Assembly (NCBI GenBank): GCA_965227775.1
Contig: OZ245777.1
Location: 1,824,001 to 1,888,000, forward strand
DNA: 64,000 nucleotides
Source of the DNA: Phycisphaerales bacterium
GTDB lineage: Bacteria; Planctomycetota; Phycisphaerae; Phycisphaerales; UBA1924
Reading direction: 5' to 3'
Shown: piece by piece, positions 1 through 10,800 of the stretch
How the letters are laid out: the number at the start of each line of letters is the position of its first letter
Numbering within the stretch: position 1 is the stretch's first letter
Made by a program: the position numbers and the translations under genes
Notes under the pieces: generated by a model
Databases searched by the model: none
Seen by the model: the letters and a program-made list of their open reading frames with translations, nothing else
Told to the model about the DNA's origin: nothing

Positions 1-456
1 GAATCGACGTTCCGCATGATCGTCAACATGCGGCCCATGCCCGATGGTTCGGTGCTTCTGCTCGATCGCGACCGCGTGCGGAAGATCGCGTTCGACGAAA
101 GCGGCATGTGCACTGTGACCACACAGGGCCCGAGCCTCATCGAGCCCAAGCCCAAGGATCCGCCCTTCCGCAGCGGGCCCGAAACGACGTGGAACCGGCT
201 CTATGGGCTTGCTGCCGAGCCGGACGGGAGCGCACTGGTCACCTACTTCGCCGGGCGCCGCGTCGTGCGCATTTCGCCCGAGGGCGATGTGACGAACGTC
301 TACACAAGCGACCGCGACTGGTCGCCCATCGGCGTCGCGATCGGCCCCAAGGGCAGCATCCACGTCAGCGAGATCAGCGACCGCGGCGGGCGGCTGCGCG
401 TGCTCGTGCTCGAAGAAGCGGGCCCACGCGTGCTGGCGGCGATTCCCGCCGAGTAG
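1..456 (+). CDS. Beta-propeller (NHL/SMP-30-like) repeat protein, 5'-partial
   Basis: Frame open from position 1; repeated blade-like motifs GLAAEPDGSALVT, PIGVAIGPKGSIHVSE. Confidence 0.6.
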   Translation, partial: ESTFRMIVNMRPMPDGSVLLLDRDRVRKIAFDESGMCTVTTQGPSLIEPKPKDPPFRSGPETTWNRLYGLAAEPDGSALVTYFAGRRVVRISPEGDVTNVYTSDRDWSPIGVAIGPKGSIHVSEISDRGGRLRVLVLEEAGPRVLAAIPAE

Positions 457-511
457 ACGAGCGCCGCCGAGGTCGAGTCTCCCACGTGGACTCGACCTCT
501 ACCCTGTCGTG

Positions 512-1159
512 ATGACGGCTCGCGAGCCAACGCATCGCATCGTGACCGTTCGCATGCTCAACGTGAGCATGCTGGCGGGATTGATCCTCGCTGTCGCAAG
601 TGTGCCGTACGGAACGCTGGTGCGCGAATCGATGAAGCGGGACTGGCCGTCGGGCGGGTTGCCCGGATTGCAACGCGGCGTAGGGATCATTCCGCCGTCT
701 CCTGGATTCGAAGAGTATCACAGATGGAACGACTTTGGACCGTTCATTGAGATGAACTTCGCAGATCCTGGTGCGCGCGGCTCGATTTCGTTGGCGTGGG
801 TTCCGGCGGCCGCGCAGCGGCACATCTTGCAGACCCGGCAGCCGACCGATGTGTTCTGGTCGGGCTATCCATTCAAGTGCGCCGTTGGGTGGTGGGAGTT
901 CCACGGTGACCGCGCGTGGCTCATCAAGTGGGGCCAGGTTCGACACCGGACCGTTGTGACGCCACTGCGCCCGATGTGGGTGGGCCTGCTCGGCAACACG
1001 CTCGTGTACGCGGCGCTGTTGCTCGTGCCGTGGACGGGCGTTCGCTTCATACGCACACGTCGGCGACGCGCGCGAGGGCGGTGCGTCGCGTGCGCATACG
1101 AGCTGGGAGCCGGCATCGAGGTGTGCCCCGAGTGCGGGTTGGCAGCGAAGACGTCCTGA
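512..1159 (+). CDS. Membrane protein with C-terminal Zn ribbon
   Basis: Two hydrophobic segments, Arg-rich stretch, then CVACAYEL...CPECG; TACCCT 6 nt before ATG 512. Confidence 0.65.
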   Translation: MTAREPTHRIVTVRMLNVSMLAGLILAVASVPYGTLVRESMKRDWPSGGLPGLQRGVGIIPPSPGFEEYHRWNDFGPFIEMNFADPGARGSISLAWVPAAAQRHILQTRQPTDVFWSGYPFKCAVGWWEFHGDRAWLIKWGQVRHRTVVTPLRPMWVGLLGNTLVYAALLLVPWTGVRFIRTRRRRARGRCVACAYELGAGIEVCPECGLAAKTS

Positions 1160-1168
1160 GGAATCGGC

Positions 1169-1876
1169 CTAGTCCTTCGTATCCGCTCGAACCTCAACCT
1201 CGCGCCACTTGCCCTCCACGTGCCTCACGATCGTGCCCGTGTAGAGGTAGAGCAACTGCTCGGCGATGTTGGCGGCGTGCTCAGCGATCGCGTGGGTCGC
1301 CGTCGCGATCTCGAGCAGCAGGAAGGCGTCGGCGGCATCGAGATCGCCCGCGCGGAGCTTGGCCTCGCACTCGCGCATCAGGGCGGCCTTGAAGGCCTCG
1401 ACCGCCTCGTCGCTCTGCAGCACGACGCGCGTGAGGCGCTCGTCCCGAGACCCCATTGCTCGCATGGCGTCGCGCACGATGCCGACGACGCTGTTGGTGA
1501 GCACGCGGAACGTAGTGGGAGGCGAACTGCCCGCGTCGGCAAGCCGCTGGCCCAGCGTGCCGCACGAGAGCGCCGCGTCTGCGATTCGCTCGAGCTCGTT
1601 GTTGACCTTCACGATCGTGAGCAGACGCCGAAGGTCGGCGTCGGGTAGGCGGTCGGCTCCCTCTGTCGCGTCGCCGAGCAACTTCACCGCTGCCTTCTCG
1701 ATGGCGACGTCCGCGGCGTCGACCGACTCCTCGGCGGTCCGCAGCGCGGCCAGCCCATCAGTCCCGGGAGCAAAGAGGTGGTCAAAGCCGTTCTCGACCA
1801 TCTGCAGCACCAGGTCGCCCTGTTCGATGATCCGGCCGGCCAGGGCGTCGAGGCGGTCGCTGAAGCTGTCGGGCAT
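1169..1876 (-). CDS. phoU: PhoU-family phosphate signalling protein
   Basis: Two PhoU repeats: EESVDAADVAIE, NELERIADAA, AEHAANIAEQ; start trimmed to MPDSFSDRL. Confidence 0.8.
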   Translation of the reverse strand: MPDSFSDRLDALAGRIIEQGDLVLQMVENGFDHLFAPGTDGLAALRTAEESVDAADVAIEKAAVKLLGDATEGADRLPDADLRRLLTIVKVNNELERIADAALSCGTLGQRLADAGSSPPTTFRVLTNSVVGIVRDAMRAMGSRDERLTRVVLQSDEAVEAFKAALMRECEAKLRAGDLDAADAFLLLEIATATHAIAEHAANIAEQLLYLYTGTIVRHVEGKWREVEVRADTKD

Positions 1877-2039
1877 GAATCGGGCTCCCAATCTCGAGAC
1901 GAGCAACCTTGAGGCAAGCGGCGGAGGCAGAGGAAAGCGGCGGGCCGCACGGGCCGATAGCAACAGGGTACGGACGAAGTGGGGCCTAGCCTGTCGCCAG
2001 GCCCGATTTCGACTCTCGATGTGAGGAGCCCCTGTACCC

Positions 2040-3353
2040 ATGAACGAGTTCTGCGTCGATGGCTTGAGCGCCCGGTGGATCCTCGACTCTCGCGGTAACC
2101 CGACCGTTCGTGTCGCGGTCGAGCTGGCGGGTGGCGCCGTCGGTGTGGCCATGGTGCCCAGCGGGGCCAGCACGGGTGAACACGAAGCAGTCGAACTGCG
2201 GGACGGCAACAAATCCGTCTTCGGTGGTAAGGGCGTGGATGCGGCGGTCCGCAACGTCGCCGAGAGGCTCGCGCCGGCGATCATTGGCCTCGATGCCCGC
2301 GATCAGGCCTCCCTCGATCACGCCATGCTCGCCGCTGATGGAACGGCCAACAAGAGCAGCGTAGGTGCCAACGCCATCCTGGGAGTCTCTTTGGGTGCGG
2401 CCCACGCCGTCGCGGCCGAGGCCGGCCTGCCGCTCTATCGTTCCGTCGGCGGCGCGGGTGGGCGCACGCTGCCGGTCCCGATGCTCAACGTCATCAACGG
2501 CGGCAAGCACGCCGACAACAACCTCGACTTCCAGGAGTTCATGGTCCAGCCCTGGGGCTTCGACGACTTCGAGACCGCGCTGCGGGCCGGCGTCGAGATC
2601 TACCACGCCCTCAGCGGCCTGCTACACGAGGCGGGCCTGAGCACCGCCGTCGGCGACGAGGGCGGATTCGCCCCCGACTTCAAGAGCGCCGAGGAAGCGC
2701 TGCAGTTCCTGGAGAAGGCAACCAAGAAGGCCGGGTATGGCTGGGGCACCCAAATCTTCATCGCCCTCGACCCCGCTGCGAGCGAGTTGGCCAACGAAGC
2801 CAAGAAGGCTGGCCAAGCCCACGGCAACGATGGACAGATCGGCTACAAGCGCTTCAAGAGCGACCAGGCGATTATCTCTAGCGACGAACTCATCGACACC
2901 TGGGCCGGCTGGTGCGAAAACTACCCGGTGCGCAGCATCGAAGACGGCCTGGACGAGAATGACTGGGCCGGCTGGAAGAAGCTAACCGACCGGCTGGGCG
3001 ATCGCGTGCAACTCGTGGGCGATGACCTGTTCGTGACCAACATCAAGTTCCTGCAGCGCGGTTTGGACGAAGGTTGTGCCAATGCGATCCTGGTCAAGCC
3101 CAACCAGATCGGAACGCTCAGCGAGACGCTCGAGGCCGTCGACCTTGCCCGCCGCAGTGGCTACGGCGCCGTCATGAGCCATCGCAGCGGCGAGACCGAG
3201 GACAGCACCATCGCCGATCTGGCCGTTGCGACCAATTGCGGCCAGATCAAGACGGGCGCACCGTGCCGCAGCGATCGCAATGCAAAGTACAACCGCCTGC
3301 TCGTCATCGCCCAAGAGCTCGGCAGCAGCGCCCTCTTCGGCGGGCAGTCGTAG
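2040..3353 (+). CDS. eno: Enolase
   Basis: [50 protein letters not shown] upstream. Confidence 0.98.
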   Translation: MNEFCVDGLSARWILDSRGNPTVRVAVELAGGAVGVAMVPSGASTGEHEAVELRDGNKSVFGGKGVDAAVRNVAERLAPAIIGLDARDQASLDHAMLAADGTANKSSVGANAILGVSLGAAHAVAAEAGLPLYRSVGGAGGRTLPVPMLNVINGGKHADNNLDFQEFMVQPWGFDDFETALRAGVEIYHALSGLLHEAGLSTAVGDEGGFAPDFKSAEEALQFLEKATKKAGYGWGTQIFIALDPAASELANEAKKAGQAHGNDGQIGYKRFKSDQAIISSDELIDTWAGWCENYPVRSIEDGLDENDWAGWKKLTDRLGDRVQLVGDDLFVTNIKFLQRGLDEGCANAILVKPNQIGTLSETLEAVDLARRSGYGAVMSHRSGETEDSTIADLAVATNCGQIKTGAPCRSDRNAKYNRLLVIAQELGSSALFGGQS

Positions 3354-3929
3354 GTGGGCGATTCAGATACAACGCCGGCGCCAATAGACACGAGGGTGCT
3401 GTACGAGGGCGCCAAGTTCAACGTCGAGCTGCTCACGCTGCCCGGGCGGGGTGGGAGCACGCGGGAGATGGCCGTCGTCCGCCACCCCGGCGCGTGCGCC
3501 ATCCTGCCGATCTTGCACGAGCCCAAAGAGCACGAGTGCGCCACGCTGGTCATGATCCGCAACCAGCGGCCGGCGGTAGGGGGCATGCTGTGGGAGATCC
3601 CCGCGGGTACGATCGACCCCGGCGAAGAGCCGCTGGCATGTGCCGGACGCGAGCTGATCGAAGAAACCGGCTATGAGGCTGCAACACTCGACCTGTTTGG
3701 GCGGTTCTATACCACGCCGGGCATGACCGACGAGGTCATGCACCTGTTCGTTGCTCGCGGCCTGACCCATGTGGGCCAGGACCTGGACGAGGGCGAGCAC
3801 ATCGAGGTGCACGAAGTGAAGGCCGACGAGGCGCTGGCGATGATCGAAGATGGCAGGCTGCAAGACGCCAAGAGTGTCATCCCGATCTTGCGGGCCCAGG
3901 CCGCGGGCTTACTTGGAGTGCGTGCGTGA
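3354..3929 (+). CDS. NUDIX hydrolase (ADP-ribose pyrophosphatase-like)
   Basis: Nudix box GTIDPGEEPLACAGRELIEETG; HPGA and DAKS motifs. Confidence 0.9.
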   Translation: MGDSDTTPAPIDTRVLYEGAKFNVELLTLPGRGGSTREMAVVRHPGACAILPILHEPKEHECATLVMIRNQRPAVGGMLWEIPAGTIDPGEEPLACAGRELIEETGYEAATLDLFGRFYTTPGMTDEVMHLFVARGLTHVGQDLDEGEHIEVHEVKADEALAMIEDGRLQDAKSVIPILRAQAAGLLGVRA

Positions 3930-4933
3930 GCGAGCACTGGCGCGGAACAGGGCCGCGCGGCTGGCTCGGCCGCGTGTTCGGAGACGGTGACAACCCCATG
4001 CGCTGGGCGTTGCCGCTGTATCGCTTGTGGGGCATTACGGTCAAGCTCCACCTCATCTTCATCCTCTTCGTGCTGATCAGGCTGATCACGGCCGGCAGCC
4101 CCAGCTCGCTCGGCTTCATCTATACCGCCATCATGCTCGTGATCGTGTTCGGGCTCGTGCTGCTGCACGAGTACGGCCACTGCTTCGCGTGCCGATGGGT
4201 GGAAGGTGAAGCAGACGAGATCATGCTTTGGCCGCTGGGTGGGCTTGCCTATTGCCGCCCGCCGCACCAATGGAAAGCCGAGCTCATCACCGTGCTCGGT
4301 GGACCAGGCGTGAACGCGGTCCTGCTTGTGCCGCTGGGCGTTCTCTCGATCGTGGTCAACGGTGGCTGGGAGTACGCGATCTTCAATCCGTTTGTTCCAA
4401 ACTGGCCCCGCGGCGGCGTGTTCGAGAACACCGTGTTCATGCTGCACTACATCAACCTTGTGCTGCTGCTTTTCAACATGCTGGTGCCCATGTATCCGAT
4501 GGACTCGGGCCGCATCGTGCAGTGCCTCATGTGGCGGAAGATCGGCTACGAGAAGAGCCTCTGGATCTCGTGCAACATTGGCGTCGGTGCAGCGATCGCG
4601 CTGGCGGCCGTGGCCTTTGCTGCAGACGAGATGCTGCTGCTGGGCATCGCGCTCTTCGGCGGCTTCACCTGCTGGCAGCAGAAGCAGGGCCTCAAGATGA
4701 TGGGCTTCGAGCCCCAGTACGCCGCTGCCTACGAGGCGGCCGAGCAGATCCAGAAGCGCAAGGGGCCGACGCGCTCGCAGCTCTCGGCCATCAAAAAGCG
4801 GCAAGAAGAGGAAGCCCGCGTCGAGAAACTGCTGGCCAAGATCGCCCAGCAGGGCATGGCCTCACTCTCGCCGCGCGAACGCAAGTTCCTCGATCGCGTA
4901 TCCCAGAAGAAGCGGCAGGGCCGCGCCGGCTAG
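3926..4933 (+). CDS. Site-2 protease (peptidase M50) with C-terminal helical module
   Basis: HEYGH, GGPGVN, FNMLVPMYPMDSGR; multiple TM segments. Confidence 0.9.
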   Translation: MSEHWRGTGPRGWLGRVFGDGDNPMRWALPLYRLWGITVKLHLIFILFVLIRLITAGSPSSLGFIYTAIMLVIVFGLVLLHEYGHCFACRWVEGEADEIMLWPLGGLAYCRPPHQWKAELITVLGGPGVNAVLLVPLGVLSIVVNGGWEYAIFNPFVPNWPRGGVFENTVFMLHYINLVLLLFNMLVPMYPMDSGRIVQCLMWRKIGYEKSLWISCNIGVGAAIALAAVAFAADEMLLLGIALFGGFTCWQQKQGLKMMGFEPQYAAAYEAAEQIQKRKGPTRSQLSAIKKRQEEEARVEKLLAKIAQQGMASLSPRERKFLDRVSQKKRQGRAG

Positions 4934-5022
4934 GCGATAGGATGGCGTCCGGATTCCGAAGAAACCGATAGCCCTGGCGGGCTTTCGACGCAACCCGAGC
5001 GAGCAAGGACGATCACCGCACC

Positions 5023-5919
5023 ATGGGGCTGCACGACCGAACGTACATGCGAGGCGATCAAGCGCCCCCGGGGCTGCGGCCGGGCCGCACGGGTGGGCTG
5101 CCCTTCTCGATGTGCACGATGCTCATCGCGATCAACGTCATCATCCACCTCATCTGGTATGTCGCACCAGATGTGTGGCAGGCGTTGTTCACCTGGGGCC
5201 ACTTCTCGACGACCGAGGCCATCTTCCGCCTCGGCTTCTGGCGGTTCATTACCTTCCAGTTCCTGCATGGCAGCCTGATCCACCTGGCGTTCAACATGAT
5301 GGGCATCTGGTTCCTGGGCCGCCTCGTCGAAGACCAGCTGGGTCCCAAGAAGTTCCTCGCGTTCTACCTGGTCTGCGGGATCTTCGGTGGGCTGATGTAC
5401 CTGCTGCTCAACCTGCTCGGTGGTGTGATCGGGTTCCAGATTCCCGGCCTGCTTATGAACGATCCGGCCACACCGCTCATCGGTGCCTCGGCCGGCGTGT
5501 TCGGCGTGGTTATGGCGTGTGCCTACATCGCTCCGAACTCCACCGTGCAGCTGCTCTTCCCGCCCATCCCCATGAAGATGAAGGTGTTTGCCTACGGCTT
5601 CGTGGCGCTCGCGCTGCTCATGTTGCTGTTGGGCAGCCGCAACGCTGGTGGCGAGGCCGCCCACCTCGGCGGCGCGATCGCGGGCTTCTACTTCATCCGC
5701 AACACCCACCACCTCATCGACTTCTTCGACGTGCTCGGAGACTCGCGCAAGCCCAAGCCGCCCAAGCGTGGTGGCGGACCTCGCGCACGGGGCCCGAGCG
5801 TCTCGCAGCAAGAAGTCGACCGCGTGCTCGAGAAGGTGCAAGCATCAGGCCTGGGCAGCCTGAATGACGCCGAGAAGGCCGTGCTGCGGCAGGCGACCGA
5901 CCGGCAGCGCCGCGGCTAG
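5023..5919 (+). CDS. Rhomboid intramembrane serine protease with C-terminal helical module
   Basis: WRFITFQFLHGS-HLAFNM, GASAG (Ser), AHLGGA (His). Confidence 0.92.
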   Translation: MGLHDRTYMRGDQAPPGLRPGRTGGLPFSMCTMLIAINVIIHLIWYVAPDVWQALFTWGHFSTTEAIFRLGFWRFITFQFLHGSLIHLAFNMMGIWFLGRLVEDQLGPKKFLAFYLVCGIFGGLMYLLLNLLGGVIGFQIPGLLMNDPATPLIGASAGVFGVVMACAYIAPNSTVQLLFPPIPMKMKVFAYGFVALALLMLLLGSRNAGGEAAHLGGAIAGFYFIRNTHHLIDFFDVLGDSRKPKPPKRGGGPRARGPSVSQQEVDRVLEKVQASGLGSLNDAEKAVLRQATDRQRRG

Positions 5920-5922
5920 CCC

Positions 5923-7188
5923 ATGGCCATCTCGTTCGACATCAAGCAGCGCAGTATCAGCACTGCTGGTCGCGTGGGCATCGTGACCACGCCCCATGGG
6001 CCATTCCACACGCCCGCGTTCATGACCGTCGGCACGCGCGCAACGGTACGCGGTGTGACGAATGAGCAACTCCGCCAGGTCGGTGCCGAGGTCGTGCTCA
6101 ACAACGCGTACCACCTCTGGCTGCGGCCCGGCCCCGAGCTTATCGATCGCTTCGGCGGCGCGCACCGATTCATGGGCTGGGACGGCCCGATCCTCACCGA
6201 TTCGGGCGGCTACCAGGCCTATTCGATGGCCGACACCAACGCCATCGATGAGGATGGCGTGACGTTCCGGTCGATCGTCGATGGACGGAAGCTCCGCATG
6301 ACGCCCGAGGCGTCGATGGACATCCAGAACAAGATCGGCGCCGACATCATCATGGCGTTCGACGATTGCCCGCCGGCGGTCGACCTGGGCGAGGGCCCGG
6401 TCTCGCAGACGCGACTCAAGCTCCAGGCCGCCCACGAGCGGGATCGCATCAAGGGCAACTACGACCACGCCCAGCGGCTGAAGACCGCCAACGAGCGCAC
6501 CATCCGCTGGCTGCAGCGTTGCAAGACGGCCCACGCCAAGGCAGACGCCCAAGCCCTCTTCGGCATCGTCCAGGGCGGCACCGACGAAGACGCCCGCCGG
6601 TGGTCGGCCGAGCACGTGACCAACGTCGACCTGCCCGGGTATGCCATCGGCGGCGTGAGTGTCGGGGAAACCAGCGAGGACATCGCCCGCATCGTCCGCT
6701 TCACCTCGCCGCTGCTTCCCGAGGCCAAGCCGAGGTACCTCATGGGCGTGGGATACCCCAGGGACATCGTCGCCGCCGTGTGCGCGGGGGTGGATATGTT
6801 CGACTGCGTGCTGCCGGGCCGCAACGGGCGCAACGCCAACGCGTTCGTGGCGCAAGGCCAGATCCGGCTGCGAAACGCCAGGTTTGCTGAGGATCCCGAG
6901 GCTCTTGAGCCCGGCTGCGACTGCCCGGCCTGCTGCCCGGCCGAGGGCCAGCCAGCCAGCCGTGCATATATCAGGCATTTGTTCATGTCGCAGGAAATGC
7001 TGGGCCCGATCCTGGTGTCGCTGCACAACCTGCGTTTCTACCAGCGGTTGATGGCCGACCTGCGGGCCACGATCGCGTCCGACGACTGGACCGGCTTCGC
7101 GGATCGGTGGCCCTCCGCGGCGGCGGGCATCCCGCAGGCCGCTTACCATGCCCCCCGCGTCGGCCCGTCCGGCGACGGTGAGGTTTGA
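5923..7188 (+). CDS. tgt: tRNA-guanine(34) transglycosylase
   Basis: TPAFM, ILTDSGGYQ, AFDDC, GIVQGG, GGVSVGE, DMFDCV, Zn site CDCPAC...HN. Confidence 0.96.
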   Translation: MAISFDIKQRSISTAGRVGIVTTPHGPFHTPAFMTVGTRATVRGVTNEQLRQVGAEVVLNNAYHLWLRPGPELIDRFGGAHRFMGWDGPILTDSGGYQAYSMADTNAIDEDGVTFRSIVDGRKLRMTPEASMDIQNKIGADIIMAFDDCPPAVDLGEGPVSQTRLKLQAAHERDRIKGNYDHAQRLKTANERTIRWLQRCKTAHAKADAQALFGIVQGGTDEDARRWSAEHVTNVDLPGYAIGGVSVGETSEDIARIVRFTSPLLPEAKPRYLMGVGYPRDIVAAVCAGVDMFDCVLPGRNGRNANAFVAQGQIRLRNARFAEDPEALEPGCDCPACCPAEGQPASRAYIRHLFMSQEMLGPILVSLHNLRFYQRLMADLRATIASDDWTGFADRWPSAAAGIPQAAYHAPRVGPSGDGEV

Positions 7189-7236
7189 TCCGCCCGGTTC
7201 TCTGCCGGGCCCAGCAACGAACAGGACCGCGCGACC

Positions 7237-7788
7237 GTGGAAGGCTTGCTCCCGCCGAATTCTCTTTCCGTGACCGATCTCACGAGCTTCTCAAAGATCC
7301 TCGCCTACCAGGAAGCGTCGCCGTTGGCCGGCGAGACGCCGGCCGGTGGCGGTGCGACAACTGGCCAAGGCGCCGGGGGAGCGCAGGGCGGCGCAACCCT
7401 GCCGGCGCAGCCCGCCGGCGGTGGCGGGCCTTCGGGCTTCGACCCCATCATGATCCTCATGCTGGGCATGGGCGTGTTCCTGGTGGTGATGATCTTCACC
7501 AGCGGTCGCCGGCAGAAGCGTGAGCAGCGCGAGCGGCAGAGCATGCTCGACGCGCTCAAGCGCAACGACAAGGTCCAGACCATCGGCGGCATCATCGGCG
7601 TGGTCGCTGAGGTGCGCACCGACGAGGTTGTCCTGAAGGTCGACGATGCCGGACAGAATCGCGTGCGATTCGCTCGCAGCGCTATCCAGCAGGTCATCTC
7701 GTCGCGTGGTGGTTCCAGCGACACCGGTTCCACCGACGCCAATTCTGAGATCGACGCCGAAAACGAGCCGCAGACTTCCAACCCCTGA
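7237..7788 (+). CDS. yajC: Preprotein translocase subunit YajC (start uncertain, long N-terminus)
   Basis: Single TM then LKRNDKVQTIGGIIG; lies between tgt and secD. Confidence 0.9.
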   Translation: MEGLLPPNSLSVTDLTSFSKILAYQEASPLAGETPAGGGATTGQGAGGAQGGATLPAQPAGGGGPSGFDPIMILMLGMGVFLVVMIFTSGRRQKREQRERQSMLDALKRNDKVQTIGGIIGVVAEVRTDEVVLKVDDAGQNRVRFARSAIQQVISSRGGSSDTGSTDANSEIDAENEPQTSNP

Positions 7789-7854
7789 CCAAAGCAAGAC
7801 CGGCCGCGCCCGTCTGCCGGGCGAGCGAGCACGATCGACGAGGAATCGCGACAC

Positions 7855-10800
7855 ATGATGCGTAACCGATTGGGATGGGGCCTGCTGGCGATGGCGATGC
7901 TCGCCTTCGCGATCTGGGGCTTCATGCCCCCCAAAGAGAAGCTGCGTCTGGGCAAGGACCTCGCCGGTGGCGTGACGCTGACCTATGCCGTGCAGATCGA
8001 GCCCGGCCAGAACGCCCAAGAGATCCTTAACCAGCTTGCGACGGTGCTGGGCGAGCGCATCGATCCCGGCAACCAGATGGACATCAGCATCGTGCCGGTC
8101 GGCCGAGATCGGCTCGAGATCACGATGCCGCTGCCCACGGAGCGCGTGAAGCAGCTTCGCCGCGACTTCGAGGCCGAGCTCCTGCGCATCGAGCAGTACA
8201 CGATCGACCCGGTCCGTTTCGAGCGACTGATGGGTGAGAGTTCGGAGGAGCGAACGGCTTCCATCGAGGAGTTCCGCCAGAGTAGCCCCGAGCTAGCCGA
8301 TCGCCTGGAGGCCGCTGCGCAGGCGTACGACCGCTTGGTCGAGGCAGAGGACATCTACCGCCAGCTGCTGAGCCAGGAGTCGCCCGACGAGGAGACGCTC
8401 GACGAGGCCGAGATCGAGGCCGCGCTGGCATCGCTCGATTACGACGACAAGCGCGCCGAGGCGTTGAAGCTCTCGATCACGCCGGCGGAAGTCCGCCGCG
8501 TGCTCGAGTTCAGCCGCCAGCCGACGCGCAAGATCGATTCGGAAGCGAAGGAAGTCGTCGAGCTGCCCAGCCCGTTCGAGCGAGCCTGGACCTCGCTCAT
8601 GGAGCGCGCCGCCCCGGCCGATGGCCAGGGCCAGAGCTCGCTGCAGGCTGAGCTCGAGCGTGTGCTGGCCGTCTATGAGACATACACCGCAGAGCGCCGC
8701 TCGCTCGATGACCCCCAGGACCTCAAGCGCCTGCTCCGAGGCTCTGGTGAGCTGGACTTCCGAATCACCGTCGAAGCAAACAGCCGCGCCGATGAGACCG
8801 CCCTGCGCGAGGAACTGCGCGAGGTCGGCCCGCGGAACGCGAGCCCCGAAGGCGCCGTGTGGCTGCGGCTTGCCAAGGTCGAGTCGTGGTTCGATACGCT
8901 GGCCCAGGCCGAGTCGCTCGAGGCCAACCCGGTCGCGTTCTTCGCGTCACGCGGCTTCGTGGTCGAGCCCTACGACGGCATGTACTGGATGCTGGCGTGG
9001 GACCAGCTGGGCAACCGCCTCACCAGCGCCGAGGGCGAGTGGCAGGTTTCGCGGGCCTACATGGGCCGGGACGAGATCGGCCGCAACAACATCGTCTTCA
9101 ACATGGACACGCTGGGTGGCCAGCGCCTGGGCGAGCTCACGGGCGAGCACGTGGGCGACAACATGGCCGTCATTCTCGATGACCGAATCATCACCGCGCC
9201 GACCCTGCGTGGCCGCATCTCGACGAGCGGCAGCATCTCGGGCGACTTCTCGCTCGAGGAACTCCGCGACATCATCCAGATCCTCAACGCCGGTGCGCTC
9301 CAGGCCCGCCTGAGCCCCGAGCCAATCAGCGAGAACACCATCGGCCCGAGCCTGGGCCAGGACAACCTGGAGAGCGGTCTGCAAGCCGGCATCTACGCGC
9401 TGATCGCCGTCAGCGTATTCATGGTGCTGTACTACTTTGCCTATGGCGCGATCGCTGTTATCGCCCTGGGCTGCAACGCAGCACTGATCCTGGGTGCCAT
9501 GGCGCTCAACCAATCGGCATTCACCATGCCTGGTATCGCCGGCGTCGTGCTGACCTTTGGTATGGCGGTGGATGCGAACGTGCTGATCTTCGAGCGCGTC
9601 CGCGAAGAGCTGCGAAACGGGCTCGATCTCGCACAGTCGGCCAAGCTGGGCTACCAGCGGGCATTGTCCGCGATTGTTGACGGTAACGTGACGAACCTCA
9701 TCGTCTGTGTCGTGCTCGTGGGTGTTGGCACGCAGGAAGTCAAGGGCTTCGCGATCACCCTGGGCGTTGGCGTCGTCTGCACCATGATCTCGGCGCTAAT
9801 CATCAGCCGCCTTCTGCTCTCGGTGCTGGTTGACGACTTCAACCTGAAGGCCATGGGCAAGTCGGCAACGTCTATGCTTCCGACGGCCCTGCCGATCATC
9901 GACCGCGTGCTCGAGCCCAAGATCAACTGGATCAGCGGCCGCTACGTGTTCTGGTCGATCTCGGTGCTGGCTGTGTGCACGAGCGTGGCCCTGATCATCA
10001 ACCAGCGCGACCGCATGCTCGATACCGAATTCGTCGGCGGCACCCAGGTCGTGCTGCGATTCGGCGAAGACCCAGCCGGCCAGCCGTTCATGCTGACCAG
10101 GCAGGACGTGGCCGATCGCGTCGTCGGAGTTGCCGAAACCGCTCCCGACGGCAGCCAGCTCAAGCTTCTGGAGCAGGCCGACATCGTACCGCTCGACCCC
10201 GAAGACGACGGTGTCACGAGCGACACGTTCCAGATCAAGACCCTCGCGACAAACTCCGACGAGGTGCAGGACGCCCTGGCCAACGCGTTCCAGGACGTGC
10301 TCGACGTACAGGCCGCGTTGACGTTCGACCAGGCCGACATCTCCGAGGCGCGACTCGCGCCCGTCTACCCGATCACCGGGCCGACACCGCTCGGCTCGCA
10401 CATCGGCAGGCCGCAATACCGCGATGAGATCGACGGCTACGTCGGTGGCGGCGCGATCGTGCTCGAGAACCTCACGCAGGGCCAGACCATCGCCCAGATC
10501 GAGCAGCGGCTCGACCTGCTGCGCGGCCAGGCCGACTTCTCCTCGACGCTCGGCCGCCCCCGCGAGCTGCGCGTGCTGGAGCGGTACGAAGACGAGACCG
10601 TGCGTTCCGCCGTCTTGCTGACCATCGACCCAATGACCAGCTACTTCAGCGATCGCGATCGCTGGTGGCAGGACGTGGGGCAGCTCGAGTGGCAGCTCGT
10701 CCGCGAGGCGCTGACGACCTCGACCACGCTGGCCAGCGTCAGCAACTTCAGTCCGGCGATCGCCGAAGAGTTCCGTGGCCGCGCCGTATTTGCGGTGGTC

